Origin: Eubacteriales bacterium
GTDB lineage: Bacteria > Bacillota > Clostridia > Oscillospirales > CAG-272
Direction: 5' to 3'
Assembly (NCBI GenBank): GCA_045656885.1
Contig: JAZORZ010000056.1
Span: 1-57,126 of the forward strand
DNA length: 57,126 bases
Position numbers and translations under genes: made by a program. Below the pieces are notes generated by a model that did no database searches, was not told the origin of the DNA, and saw only the letters and a program-made list of their open reading frames with translations. Below are positions 18,260 to 26,615 of the stretch, in pieces. Positions within the stretch are counted from its first letter, which is position 1. Every line of letters starts with the position of its first letter.

Positions 18260-18294
18260 AAAGGTCAAAGCCCTACGTGGCTTTGACCTTTTTC
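18259..18294. terminator. Bidirectional terminator between MutS-like B and spoVB-like genes
   Basis: ggtcaaagcc-ctacgt-ggctttgacc flanked by A5 and T5. Overlaps the last codons of the minus-strand gene. Confidence 0.8.
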
Positions 18295-19835
18295 TCTATC
18301 CTAAACAAATCCTTCACCCACGCGACGTCATCCTTTTCCACAGCTCCGGTCATGCGGAGTAGGGCAACGTAAACCAAAATGACCGCAAGAATGTGCAAAA
18401 CGATCGAAAGCGCCGCCGATTCGATCCGTCCGCCGAATTTTTCCAACAAAAAGCGCACGAGAGCGGTCGCACCTACAATGCAAATGAGTGGCTTGTAGAC
18501 CCATTTGCAGATCCGCACAGGTGTTGCGCTGATCGTCAAAAGGTGCGTAATGCTGCAAACCGTGTTGAACAGCTCCGAGACGTAGATAGTGATGACATAT
18601 CCCCAAATCCCGTACCGCGGAATGAGAAGGAGCACAAGTAAAAGCGATATTGCGGCATCGGCAATGTTGATCTTCATTGAGTAGAGCTGCTCGCCAAGCC
18701 CCTTCATCATGGCATCGGTTGCGGTGTCGAGATACATAATTGGGACGAGCGGTGCAAGAATACGAATGTAATATCCCGCCTCGGAGTTGGGATAAAGAGC
18801 CATGCCGATCTCCTGTGAAAAGCAGATGAGCACACCCGCCACGCCAAAGGAAAAGAGGAGTGAGAGCGACCACACGCGCGAGATCATGTAGTGAATGTGT
18901 CGCCGCCTGTCGTGTACCCCTGCCTCGGCAAGCTCGGGAACGAGCAACCCCGAAAAGGAATACATCAGGGCGGCAGGGTAGAGAATGACGGGGAGTGCCA
19001 TGCTTTGAATGGTTCCGTAAGCGACGAGCGCGGCGGCGTGTGTTGCTCCGCTTTGGCGCAACCCCTCGGGAATGAGAATGTGCTGGAGCGTAATGAGCCC
19101 TGAGCGAACATACGCCGTAGCCGCAATGGGTAGCGTAATAGCAAGCAGCTTTTTGGTGTCTCCCGCCTGATGAAAGATCTCTTTTCCAAGATTGCGCCGC
19201 TTATCAAGCCGATAAAGAAGCCACTCTAAAAGAAAAGAGCAAACCTCCGCCACTGCACCGCCGAGTACGAGAATGCGGCAGGCACTCTCCACATCCTTGG
19301 CAAAATAGAAAGCCAAAAGATACATCGTCACCCCAATTTTGACCGCTTGCTCAAACACCTGCACAGCGGCATTCTTCCAAGGGCGGCGCATCGACGAAAA
19401 ATAACCGCCCCACGCAGAGGAAAGAGCGATGAGGGGCAGAGTAATTGCCAACAGGCGCAACGAAGAAACCGTCCGCGCATCCTTGAGCCAAAAGCGCCCG
19501 ATCGGCTCGGCAAAGGAAAAGAGCAAAACCGATGCAAGAGAGCCAAACGCAATGGCATAAACTGTTGCGCGACGCAAAATACCGCCCACACGAGCGCGGT
19601 TGCCGCTCTCCATCGCCTCAACGGTTATGCGTGTTACACCAAGGTGAATCCCCGAGGTCGCCAAGGTAAGTGCAAACCCGTAAACGCCCGAAAGGATAGA
19701 GAACAAGCCCATCGCCTCGGCACCCACGCGCCCCGATACAATAACCTGAAAGCTCACCCCAACGGTACGCATAAATAGCGATGCCGCCGTCAGTAGCATC
19801 GCATTCCAAAAAATCTCCCTCGCCCGTGTCCGCAT
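18273..19835 (-). CDS. spoVB: MOP-superfamily flippase, stage V sporulation protein B-like
   Basis: 520 aa, about 14 TM. N-terminus FWNAMLLTAASLFMRTVGVSFQVIVSGRVGAEAMGLF resembles SpoVB/MurJ-type polysaccharide transporters. Confidence 0.75.
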   Translation of the reverse strand: MRTRAREIFWNAMLLTAASLFMRTVGVSFQVIVSGRVGAEAMGLFSILSGVYGFALTLATSGIHLGVTRITVEAMESGNRARVGGILRRATVYAIAFGSLASVLLFSFAEPIGRFWLKDARTVSSLRLLAITLPLIALSSAWGGYFSSMRRPWKNAAVQVFEQAVKIGVTMYLLAFYFAKDVESACRILVLGGAVAEVCSFLLEWLLYRLDKRRNLGKEIFHQAGDTKKLLAITLPIAATAYVRSGLITLQHILIPEGLRQSGATHAAALVAYGTIQSMALPVILYPAALMYSFSGLLVPELAEAGVHDRRRHIHYMISRVWSLSLLFSFGVAGVLICFSQEIGMALYPNSEAGYYIRILAPLVPIMYLDTATDAMMKGLGEQLYSMKINIADAAISLLLVLLLIPRYGIWGYVITIYVSELFNTVCSITHLLTISATPVRICKWVYKPLICIVGATALVRFLLEKFGGRIESAALSIVLHILAVILVYVALLRMTGAVEKDDVAWVKDLFRIEKKVKAT

Positions 19836-19923
19836 CTTCTCACCTCAAATAACTTACTTGTCTCATTTTATGAGAAAAGGAGGCAAAATAGAGCAAAACA
19901 GAGAAAAGAAAACAAATATCCTT

Positions 19924-19949
19924 GTAGGGACCGGCGTCCTCGACGGTCC
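19924..19949. repeat. GC-rich hairpin repeat (GTAGGG family)
   Basis: gtagggaccg-gcgtcctcga-cggtcc, with stem ggaccg/cggtcc. Confidence 0.55.
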
Positions 19950-19952
19950 ATC

Positions 19953-19984
19953 TAAAAAAACATCCACCCGTCAAACGGGTGGAC
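19953..19984 (-). terminator. Intrinsic terminator downstream of dinB
   Basis: Minus strand reads tccacccg-tttga-cgggtgga followed by T7. Confidence 0.8.
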
Positions 19985-19985
19985 G

Positions 19986-21227
19986 TTATTCTTCTTTCTC
20001 CAAATCCAATGCCGCCTTATGCTTTTTACCCACGTGGCGGCTTTGCTCCATAATGGAGCCGCGCACAATGGTGTCCGAGCCAAAACGATGGCGCAAGCCG
20101 TCAATCAAGCGGTCGAGCTCCTGCTCGCGTTCGCGCTTCGGGTCGGGGAACATCGAAAGCTGAGCCGCATCCTCGCGTGTGAGTTGCGAAAGAGAAACAC
20201 CGAGCAAGCGCAAGGGCATTTTTCTATCCCAAAGGTCGTCAAACAAACGGCAGGCGACCTCGTAGATCTCGGACGTAATATCTGTCGCGTGAGATAGATG
20301 CTGCTGGTGCGAGCGGTCGCGAAAGGCGGTATCCCTTATCGTTACCGAAACACAGGTGGCTTTTTGTCCGTCATTTCGCATGCGCGAGGCACAGCTGTCG
20401 GCAAGAGAGAGGAGGATAGGATATGCTTCCTCGGCTGTTGTCAGATCCTTGGCAAGGGTGGTCGAGTTGCCGTAGCCCTTGGCTTCTTCCGATTCCGCGA
20501 GTACGGGTGAGGTATCAATGCCGTTGGCAAAGCGGTACAAATGCTCACCCATCTTCACTCCAAAAACAGTACGCAGATCGGCTACGTCGGTTGAGGCAAG
20601 CTCGCCAATGGTGCGAATGTGCATGCCGCGCAGGCGTTCCGCCGCCGAGCGACCGAGGGAGAAGAGCGCTTCAACAGGCAAGGGCCACATCTTGGTGGGA
20701 ATTTCCTCGGCGAACAGTGTGTGGATTTTATCCGGCTTTTCAAAGTCACTTGCCATTTTGGCAAGCAGCTTGTTCGAGCCAATGCCCACGTTCACCGTAA
20801 AGCCGAGCGTGTCGCGAATTTCATCCTTGATCGTTCTTGCAATCGTAATCGGGTCGGGGTAAAGCCGTGACGTGCCACTCATATCGAGAAAGCACTCGTC
20901 AATCGAGTAGACCTCAACCACGGGTGCATATTTGCGGCAAACGTCCATAAAAGCGCGCGAACACTGCTCATAGAGCGAAAAATCGGGCTTTGCAATATAG
21001 AGGTCAGGACATTTACGCAGAGCCATAGCAATGGGCTCACCTGTTTGCACACCGAATTTTTTGCAGGGTATCGATTTTGCCAAAATCACACCGCAGCGAC
21101 TTTCGCGATCTCCGCCAATGGCAGAGGGAATGAGCCGAATATCCGCCTCACCGTTGCGCACGCGCCGCGCGGCCTCCCACGAAAGAAAGGCGCTATTAAC
21201 GTCGATGTGAAAAACCAAACGTGCCAT
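19986..21227 (-). CDS. dinB: DNA polymerase IV (Y-family)
   Basis: 413 aa. N-terminal FHIDVNSAFLSWEA and SIDECFLD catalytic motifs. Confidence 0.93.
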   Translation of the reverse strand: MARLVFHIDVNSAFLSWEAARRVRNGEADIRLIPSAIGGDRESRCGVILAKSIPCKKFGVQTGEPIAMALRKCPDLYIAKPDFSLYEQCSRAFMDVCRKYAPVVEVYSIDECFLDMSGTSRLYPDPITIARTIKDEIRDTLGFTVNVGIGSNKLLAKMASDFEKPDKIHTLFAEEIPTKMWPLPVEALFSLGRSAAERLRGMHIRTIGELASTDVADLRTVFGVKMGEHLYRFANGIDTSPVLAESEEAKGYGNSTTLAKDLTTAEEAYPILLSLADSCASRMRNDGQKATCVSVTIRDTAFRDRSHQQHLSHATDITSEIYEVACRLFDDLWDRKMPLRLLGVSLSQLTREDAAQLSMFPDPKREREQELDRLIDGLRHRFGSDTIVRGSIMEQSRHVGKKHKAALDLEKEE

Positions 21228-21248
21228 AGCGCCTCCTTAAACTTTTCT

Positions 21249-22736
21249 TTATTGGGGTAACAAAATCGGGTCACTTTCCAAAACGTCTTTGATGATGTTT
21301 CGCTCTGAGAAGGGAATCTTCTCCTGACCGATCAGCTGATATTCCTCGTGCCCCTTACCCGCAAGCACAAGGATGTCGCCCTTTTGCAGAATGGATACCG
21401 CACAGCGGATGGCATCGCTTCTGTCGGGGATTTTGATATACGCTTTTCTCTTGTCGCCAAACGCGGCGGCAATTTCGTCAATGATCTGCATCGGGTCCTC
21501 ATTGCCGGGGTTGTCCGAGGTCAAGATCGAAAGATCTGCAAGCTGTGAGGCAACCTCGCCAAGCTCACGGCGGCGGATTTGTGTGCGCTCACCAACCGAG
21601 CCAAACAGACAGATCAGACGAGAAGGGTGATAGGCGCGCAAAGACGTCAGCAAATGCCGCAAGCTTTCACCGTTGTGAGCATAGTCGATCACACACAACG
21701 CACCGTTGGGCAGGGGAATGCACTCGGCTCTGCCACGAATTGCCAACGTTTCAAGGGAGGCAACCGTCAAGGGGAGCGGAACCTGAAAAACGCCGTGTGC
21801 AACAGCTACTGCTAAAAGCGCATTGTAGACATTGTGCTCACCCAAAAGGCGCAAACGGCATTCCAATTCTTCATTCTCGGCAATGAGGCGGAAGAGCGAG
21901 AACAATCCGTTCGTGTCGCGCACAGGGCGCATATTTTGCGCCAAATAATCCGCGCGCTTTTCCTCGCCCGAAACCGTTAGGTTTCGCAAGGCGGTGCAGC
22001 CCAGTCGCATAAAGGGGGTTGCGGGGTCATCGATATTCCAAACCGCGTTTTGCGATGCGAAATCGGTAAAAAGAGAATGCTTTGTTGCGCGGTAGTGCTC
22101 AAACGTGGGGTGCTCGCATGAACCGACGTGGTCAAGGTAGAGATTGGTAAACAAAACCGTTCCAAACTGCACACCTGCCACACGGTTTTGCATCAGCCCC
22201 TGCGAGGAGACCTCCATCACAACGGCGCGAATACCCGAGCGGTGCATATCATAAAGGGTTTTCTGTAGAGTCAACGGGTCGGGGGTGGTGTTCGCGGTTG
22301 TGCGTTCCACCGAGCCGTAGGCAATGCCGTTCGTTCCAATATATCCTGTGGGAATGCCCACCGAACCCAGGATATGCGCAAGCATCGTAGCCGTAGTGGT
22401 TTTGCCCTTGGTACCCGTAATGCCAATGACGTGCATCTTTTGCGAGGGCTCACCCCAAAGCGTGCAAGCAAGCTCCGAGAGTGTGCGGCGGCTGTTGTTG
22501 GTCAAAAGCACGCACGCATCGTCGGGAAGATCCGGTGTTTCCTCGGCAACAAAAATACGGCAACCGCGCTCGTATGCACGGGGAGCAAGTGTATGTCCGT
22601 CAAACCGCGCACCGCGAATGCACACAAACACGCTCTCGGCATTTGCCTTCTCCGAGTGGTCGGTCAGATTCGTGATTTCACAATCGGGAATGTGATCAAA
22701 GGGGAAGAGTCTGCCCAAAAGAAGATAAGACTTCAC
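21249..22736 (-). CDS. murE: UDP-N-acetylmuramoyl-L-alanyl-D-glutamate--diamino acid ligase MurE (specificity motif DNPG)
   Basis: 495 aa. Mur ligase P-loop GITGTKGKTTT. C-terminal TSDNPGNEDP (21504-21515) in place of the DNPR of meso-DAP enzymes. Confidence 0.92.
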   Translation of the reverse strand: MKSYLLLGRLFPFDHIPDCEITNLTDHSEKANAESVFVCIRGARFDGHTLAPRAYERGCRIFVAEETPDLPDDACVLLTNNSRRTLSELACTLWGEPSQKMHVIGITGTKGKTTTATMLAHILGSVGIPTGYIGTNGIAYGSVERTTANTTPDPLTLQKTLYDMHRSGIRAVVMEVSSQGLMQNRVAGVQFGTVLFTNLYLDHVGSCEHPTFEHYRATKHSLFTDFASQNAVWNIDDPATPFMRLGCTALRNLTVSGEEKRADYLAQNMRPVRDTNGLFSLFRLIAENEELECRLRLLGEHNVYNALLAVAVAHGVFQVPLPLTVASLETLAIRGRAECIPLPNGALCVIDYAHNGESLRHLLTSLRAYHPSRLICLFGSVGERTQIRRRELGEVASQLADLSILTSDNPGNEDPMQIIDEIAAAFGDKRKAYIKIPDRSDAIRCAVSILQKGDILVLAGKGHEEYQLIGQEKIPFSERNIIKDVLESDPILLPQ

Positions 22737-23476
22737 TGTGCCACCTCCTCTCCCACAAACGAGGAAGGAAAGCCCACAGGCGTTTTGCCGCAGGCAAGAA
22801 TGGTGCGATGGGCAAGAACGTCAAGCGAGTCAACAAAGAGCTCGTCATCAAGTCCGAGCTTTTTAATAAGAGAAAGCTCGGTGCAACCAAGCACGATCTT
22901 TTCGCAGCCGCGAGAGCGGAGCGAATCAACCACCTTATGGAACGCAGTCATATCCACGGGCTTGTTCTGTTTGATCTGCCCAAAAATGATGTCGGTGATC
23001 ACTGCCTGCTCCTCCTCGGAGGGCGTGATGCAGGTCAGTCCGCGAGGCGCGCAAAAACGCTCGTAAGCACCCGAGGTGATCGTGCCCTCGGTGGCAAGCA
23101 GACCAAACGTCCTCGTTCCTGTGCGCGAGAGGTGCGCGCAGGTCTCGGCAATAATGTTGAGAATGGGTGTTTTGCAGCCCTCGGTCAGTCCGTCATAAAA
23201 ATAATGCGCGGTGTTGCAGGGCATCACAATCAGGTCAACGCCGGCGCGCTCCAAGCGGTGCGCCTCTGCAAGCATTACAGGCAGGGGATCGGGCGCGCTC
23301 TTGTCAAGGATGTAAGCCGTTCGGTCGGGAGTGGTCGCGCGGCTGCTGATGAGCATATCGATGTGGTCGCTGTCACAGGTCGCGGCGGTGTGGCGGTTCA
23401 GCAACTCGCAAAAATACACCGTAGACATCGGCCCCAAGCCGCCAAGAATACCAAGATAGTTACAAATTTTCATCAT
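22733..23476 (-). CDS. Asp/Glu/hydantoin racemase family protein, probable aspartate racemase
   Basis: 247 aa from MMKICNYLGILGGLGPMST. Two catalytic-Cys contexts (VMPCNTAH and LGCTELS). Overlaps the murE start by 4 nt. Confidence 0.85.
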   Translation of the reverse strand: MMKICNYLGILGGLGPMSTVYFCELLNRHTAATCDSDHIDMLISSRATTPDRTAYILDKSAPDPLPVMLAEAHRLERAGVDLIVMPCNTAHYFYDGLTEGCKTPILNIIAETCAHLSRTGTRTFGLLATEGTITSGAYERFCAPRGLTCITPSEEEQAVITDIIFGQIKQNKPVDMTAFHKVVDSLRSRGCEKIVLGCTELSLIKKLGLDDELFVDSLDVLAHRTILACGKTPVGFPSSFVGEEVAQ

Positions 23477-23886
23477 GGCGTCACCTCCGCAAGAGGTGCA
23501 GATGCGGCACCAAACCAAACGCGCTCCATCTCATCGCGGTCGGCAATCACAAAGCGGCGCTCAAGCTCCTCGGCGTGATCCCACACCAAATTGGTGTAGT
23601 GCTCGTTGCAGGGAATGAGATAGGGAATGAGGTCGGCGTTGCCAAGCTGATCGGCAAAATCGGCGAGTGCCTGCAGCATCAACTGCTCACCCATCGTTTC
23701 GGGAATGCGATGGAATTTCATGCAAAGCGAGAGGCGCATAGCGAGGGGAATATGATCGCAAAAAACGTGAGAGATTACCCCATGTTGACGGTACATACGG
23801 TGCGCCGTCTCGCTCGCTTCACTCGTAACGCCAAGCAAAACGGGAACGATAGCACCCGACAACACATCGTTCATAATGTATTCCAT
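23473..23886 (-). pseudogene. Stand-alone pre-ATP-grasp fragment resembling the N-terminus of D-aspartate-ligase-type ATP-grasp enzymes (truncated)
   Basis: 137 aa. The pattern VPVLLG...AHRMYRQHGVIS...YLIPCNEHYTNLV...EELERRF resembles, from memory, the first ~130 aa of ~420-aa D-Asp ligase family proteins. No ATP-grasp catalytic domain follows. 4-nt overlap with the racemase start. Confidence 0.4.
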
Positions 23887-24016
23887 TGCTCGTTCCCCCT
23901 TTCTCGGTCAAAAAACACTATATATAGTATATTATAACACACATATTTACAAAATAAAAGGGGATAGGCAAAAATAATAAAAGAAAATTTGCAAACTTTT
24001 TGCACAAAAACCAGCA

Positions 24017-24050
24017 TAAAAAAGGATGCCACCGAGGGTGGCATCCAAAA
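24017..24050 (-). terminator. Intrinsic terminator of the lipoprotein gene
   Basis: ggatgccacc-gag-ggtggcatcc followed on the minus strand by T7. Confidence 0.85.
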
Positions 24051-24104
24051 GGAGATTATATAACTAAAAGAAAAGTGAATATTTTTCTAAATTTATAATT
24101 AACT

Positions 24105-25187
24105 TTAATATTCCATCTCCTGTTCTGAATTGACTTTCCAGATTCTTATTACATCCTCATCAACGGCATTCAAGAGATAGTACTCACCGTCTATGTAGAA
24201 TACTGCAATCTTCGTACCGTATTTAGCATTGGCTTGTGTTTCCAGCACGTAGCAAGACGTATGATTTTTGATCGTTTCCAAAATCACAAGCTTGTTTGCG
24301 GCTGTTTCTCTTGTTTCTGCAATCTCGGAGTTTTCTTTCTGTACCTCCAGCCCCCATACAAGCGCCTCGGTATATGAGACTTGGGGATTGTCAAGGATTC
24401 CAACGCTTTCGTATAAGTAATCATTTATGTAAATTTTGTCGTTCTCCACCCTGATATTGAGCGTCGGTCCCCAAGATAAATCCGGCGGTTGTACAAATAG
24501 TGGTGCCATAAACGTGCTTGGACCTTCGCCAAAGGGGTGTTCACCCACGGGTGAGAGTGTTTGATTTACAGGTTCTTGAGCGATTATAAGATTTGTATTG
24601 TCGCGTACGTAATAGAGTTTAACGCCCGCGCCTGATCCAAAGAGTCCGTTCTCGGTGCCGTCATCTACCCAATCTCTCATAAAAATTTCCACAAATCCGG
24701 AATCTTCGGAAAATAGCGAAAGAGGCAAATTGATAGTTTCGGTATGTGTATAATTTAATGCAATAACGTTTTGTCGATTTTCGTCCAAAATCTCCTTGAC
24801 CAAATATTCGGATTTTTCAATTTCTGCAATATCAATTTTCTTAAATACGTACACTTGCCCTTCGCTGTTTTTTGCATAGAACACCATATTTGAAAACATC
24901 TCATCTACGCTCGAACCTTCTTTAAGGCCAAAGCTAAGTTGAATCGGGATATCACCGTTTGCCATTTTCCATTCGTTGGGAGTTTCGGCAGACATGGCAT
25001 AGTGCGGCGGAGGGGGATCAATACAAATTTTATCATGTGTAGTAACTTCCGGTGTGGTCACTTCCGGCGTTGTATTTTCAGTTGTATTGGTGGGTGTTGT
25101 TCCTTCGTTTTGCTTGTCGGCAAAGCAACCCGAAAGGGGCAGGAGCAACAGCGCGCCGACTAACAGAAATAAGATAAATCTTTTCAT
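24105..25187 (-). CDS. Lipoprotein of unknown function (low GC)
   Basis: Signal peptide MKRFILFLLVGALLLLPLSGC with lipobox, then a Thr/Pro/Glu-rich linker (TTPEVTTPEVTT). Confidence 0.7.
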   Translation of the reverse strand: MKRFILFLLVGALLLLPLSGCFADKQNEGTTPTNTTENTTPEVTTPEVTTHDKICIDPPPPHYAMSAETPNEWKMANGDIPIQLSFGLKEGSSVDEMFSNMVFYAKNSEGQVYVFKKIDIAEIEKSEYLVKEILDENRQNVIALNYTHTETINLPLSLFSEDSGFVEIFMRDWVDDGTENGLFGSGAGVKLYYVRDNTNLIIAQEPVNQTLSPVGEHPFGEGPSTFMAPLFVQPPDLSWGPTLNIRVENDKIYINDYLYESVGILDNPQVSYTEALVWGLEVQKENSEIAETRETAANKLVILETIKNHTSCYVLETQANAKYGTKIAVFYIDGEYYLLNAVDEDVIRIWKVNSEQEMEY

Positions 25188-25538
25188 AATAAGCTCCTAA
25201 AATGAAAAATAAAGTGTAAAAAGCCAAAAAGAGCGCAAAGATAGGCCATAACAGCTCTACCGTTGCGCTCTTAACTTGCGATTTTTCGTTGCCCTCCTCG
25301 GCATTGCAGGCGGCATCGGGAATCGTTTTGCAAAAGGCAGAACTGCTTTTTTGCAACGTTGTTCATCGGTACGTCACCTCGTTTGTATATTTGGTACATT
25401 TACAGTTTAGCATATTTTTCTCAATTTGTCAACTGTGTTTGAAAAAAATTAATCGACAAGAATTTTTTGCAAAAACGCTTGCTTTTTTGCTATATTTTCG
25501 GTATAATGAAAGGTAGAAAAAAGAAGGACTGTAAAAAG

Positions 25539-26126
25539 ATGAAAAAAGAAAAAATCTACCGTGTTTTCTCGCACCTGCCCGAGCTTGCAACCGATCGGCT
25601 GACACTCCGTAAAATGCTTGTGGCAGATGCCTCCGATATGTACGAATACGCCTCTCGCCACGACGTTACCAAGTACCTCACTTGGAATCCGCATCCCGAC
25701 CGCGACTTTACGCGCGAGTACCTCGAATACCTTGGCAACCGCTATTCCGCAGGCATGTTTTACGATTGGGCAGTGGTCTACGAGCCCGACTGCAAAATGG
25801 TGGGCACCTGCGGCTTTACCGCCTTTCACTGCAACCACGACTGTGCCGAGGTCGGCTACGTGCTCAACCCCGAGTATTGGGGGCGCGGCATCGCCGTTGA
25901 AGCCCTTGAAAAAGTCATTGAATTCGGCTTTGAAAATTTGGGACTGCACCGCATCGAGGCGCGCTTTATGGAAGGCAATGACTCCTCGCGCCGCGTGATG
26001 GAAAAGGTAGGAATGACCTTTGAGGGCATTCAACGCGAGGCAATGCTCATCAAAGGGAGCTACGCCAACGTCGGCGTTTGCGCCATTCTCGCCAGCGAAT
26101 GGAAAGCGAAAAAGGGGAAGAAATGA
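25539..26126 (+). CDS. GNAT family N-acetyltransferase (RimJ/RimL-like)
   Basis: The internal ATG at 25539 gives MKKEKIYRVF. Motif A-like WGRGIAVEALEKVIEFGF, and HRIEARFMEGNDSSRRVMEKVGM is typical of the RimJ/L class. Confidence 0.85.
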   Translation: MKKEKIYRVFSHLPELATDRLTLRKMLVADASDMYEYASRHDVTKYLTWNPHPDRDFTREYLEYLGNRYSAGMFYDWAVVYEPDCKMVGTCGFTAFHCNHDCAEVGYVLNPEYWGRGIAVEALEKVIEFGFENLGLHRIEARFMEGNDSSRRVMEKVGMTFEGIQREAMLIKGSYANVGVCAILASEWKAKKGKK

Positions 26127-26572
26127 ACATCATCGATTATTTTACCGCCACCGACCAACCTCATTGGCAGGCACAAATTCAAAAGAGCGATTGGTCGGCA
26201 GGGGAATATCTTTACCATCTCTTAAAAAACAATTCGTTCAAAAATTTAGTCGGAGAAAAAACACACCTCTTTTTGCTTGTTGACGGAGAGGAGCTGATCT
26301 CTTTTTGCACCCTTGTCGAAAGAGACGACGTGCAACCCACCGACCTCACCCCGTGGATCGGTTTTGTTTACACCTACCCCGAGCACCGCGGTCATCGCTA
26401 TGCCGAAAAGCTGCTTGCACACGCCGAAAGCGCGGCACATCAAGATGGCGCACAAAGCGTTTATATCTCCACCAATCATCAAGGACTATACGAAAAATTC
26501 GGCTACACCTTCCTTTGCACCGCCACCGATGTTGGCGGAGCCCCCACTCGTGTTTACAAAAAAGATTTATAG
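26123..26572 (+). CDS. GNAT family N-acetyltransferase
   Basis: ATGA overlap with the previous stop. HRGHRYAEKLLAHAE acetyl-CoA-binding-type motif. Confidence 0.75.
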   Translation: MNIIDYFTATDQPHWQAQIQKSDWSAGEYLYHLLKNNSFKNLVGEKTHLFLLVDGEELISFCTLVERDDVQPTDLTPWIGFVYTYPEHRGHRYAEKLLAHAESAAHQDGAQSVYISTNHQGLYEKFGYTFLCTATDVGGAPTRVYKKDL

Positions 26573-26576
26573 TAAC

Positions 26577-26608
26577 AAAGCGGCTATCTCGGTGAGATAG
26601 CCGCTTTT
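26577..26608. terminator. Bidirectional terminator between GNAT and symporter genes
   Basis: aagcggctatctc-ggtg-agatagccgctt flanked by A/T runs. Confidence 0.8.
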
Positions 26609-26615
26609 GCGTTTT

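Noticed and set aside
25271-25366. 31-aa Cys-rich small ORF (MNNVAKKQFCLLQNDSRCRLQCRGGQRKIAS) with a GAGGTG RBS upstream of the lipoprotein gene
   Set aside because: The RBS spacing is attractive, but the region also forms hairpins (ttgcaaaa...ttttgcaa) consistent with a leader or terminator, and a different-frame 92-aa ORF overlaps it. With no conservation data it cannot be supported as a gene.
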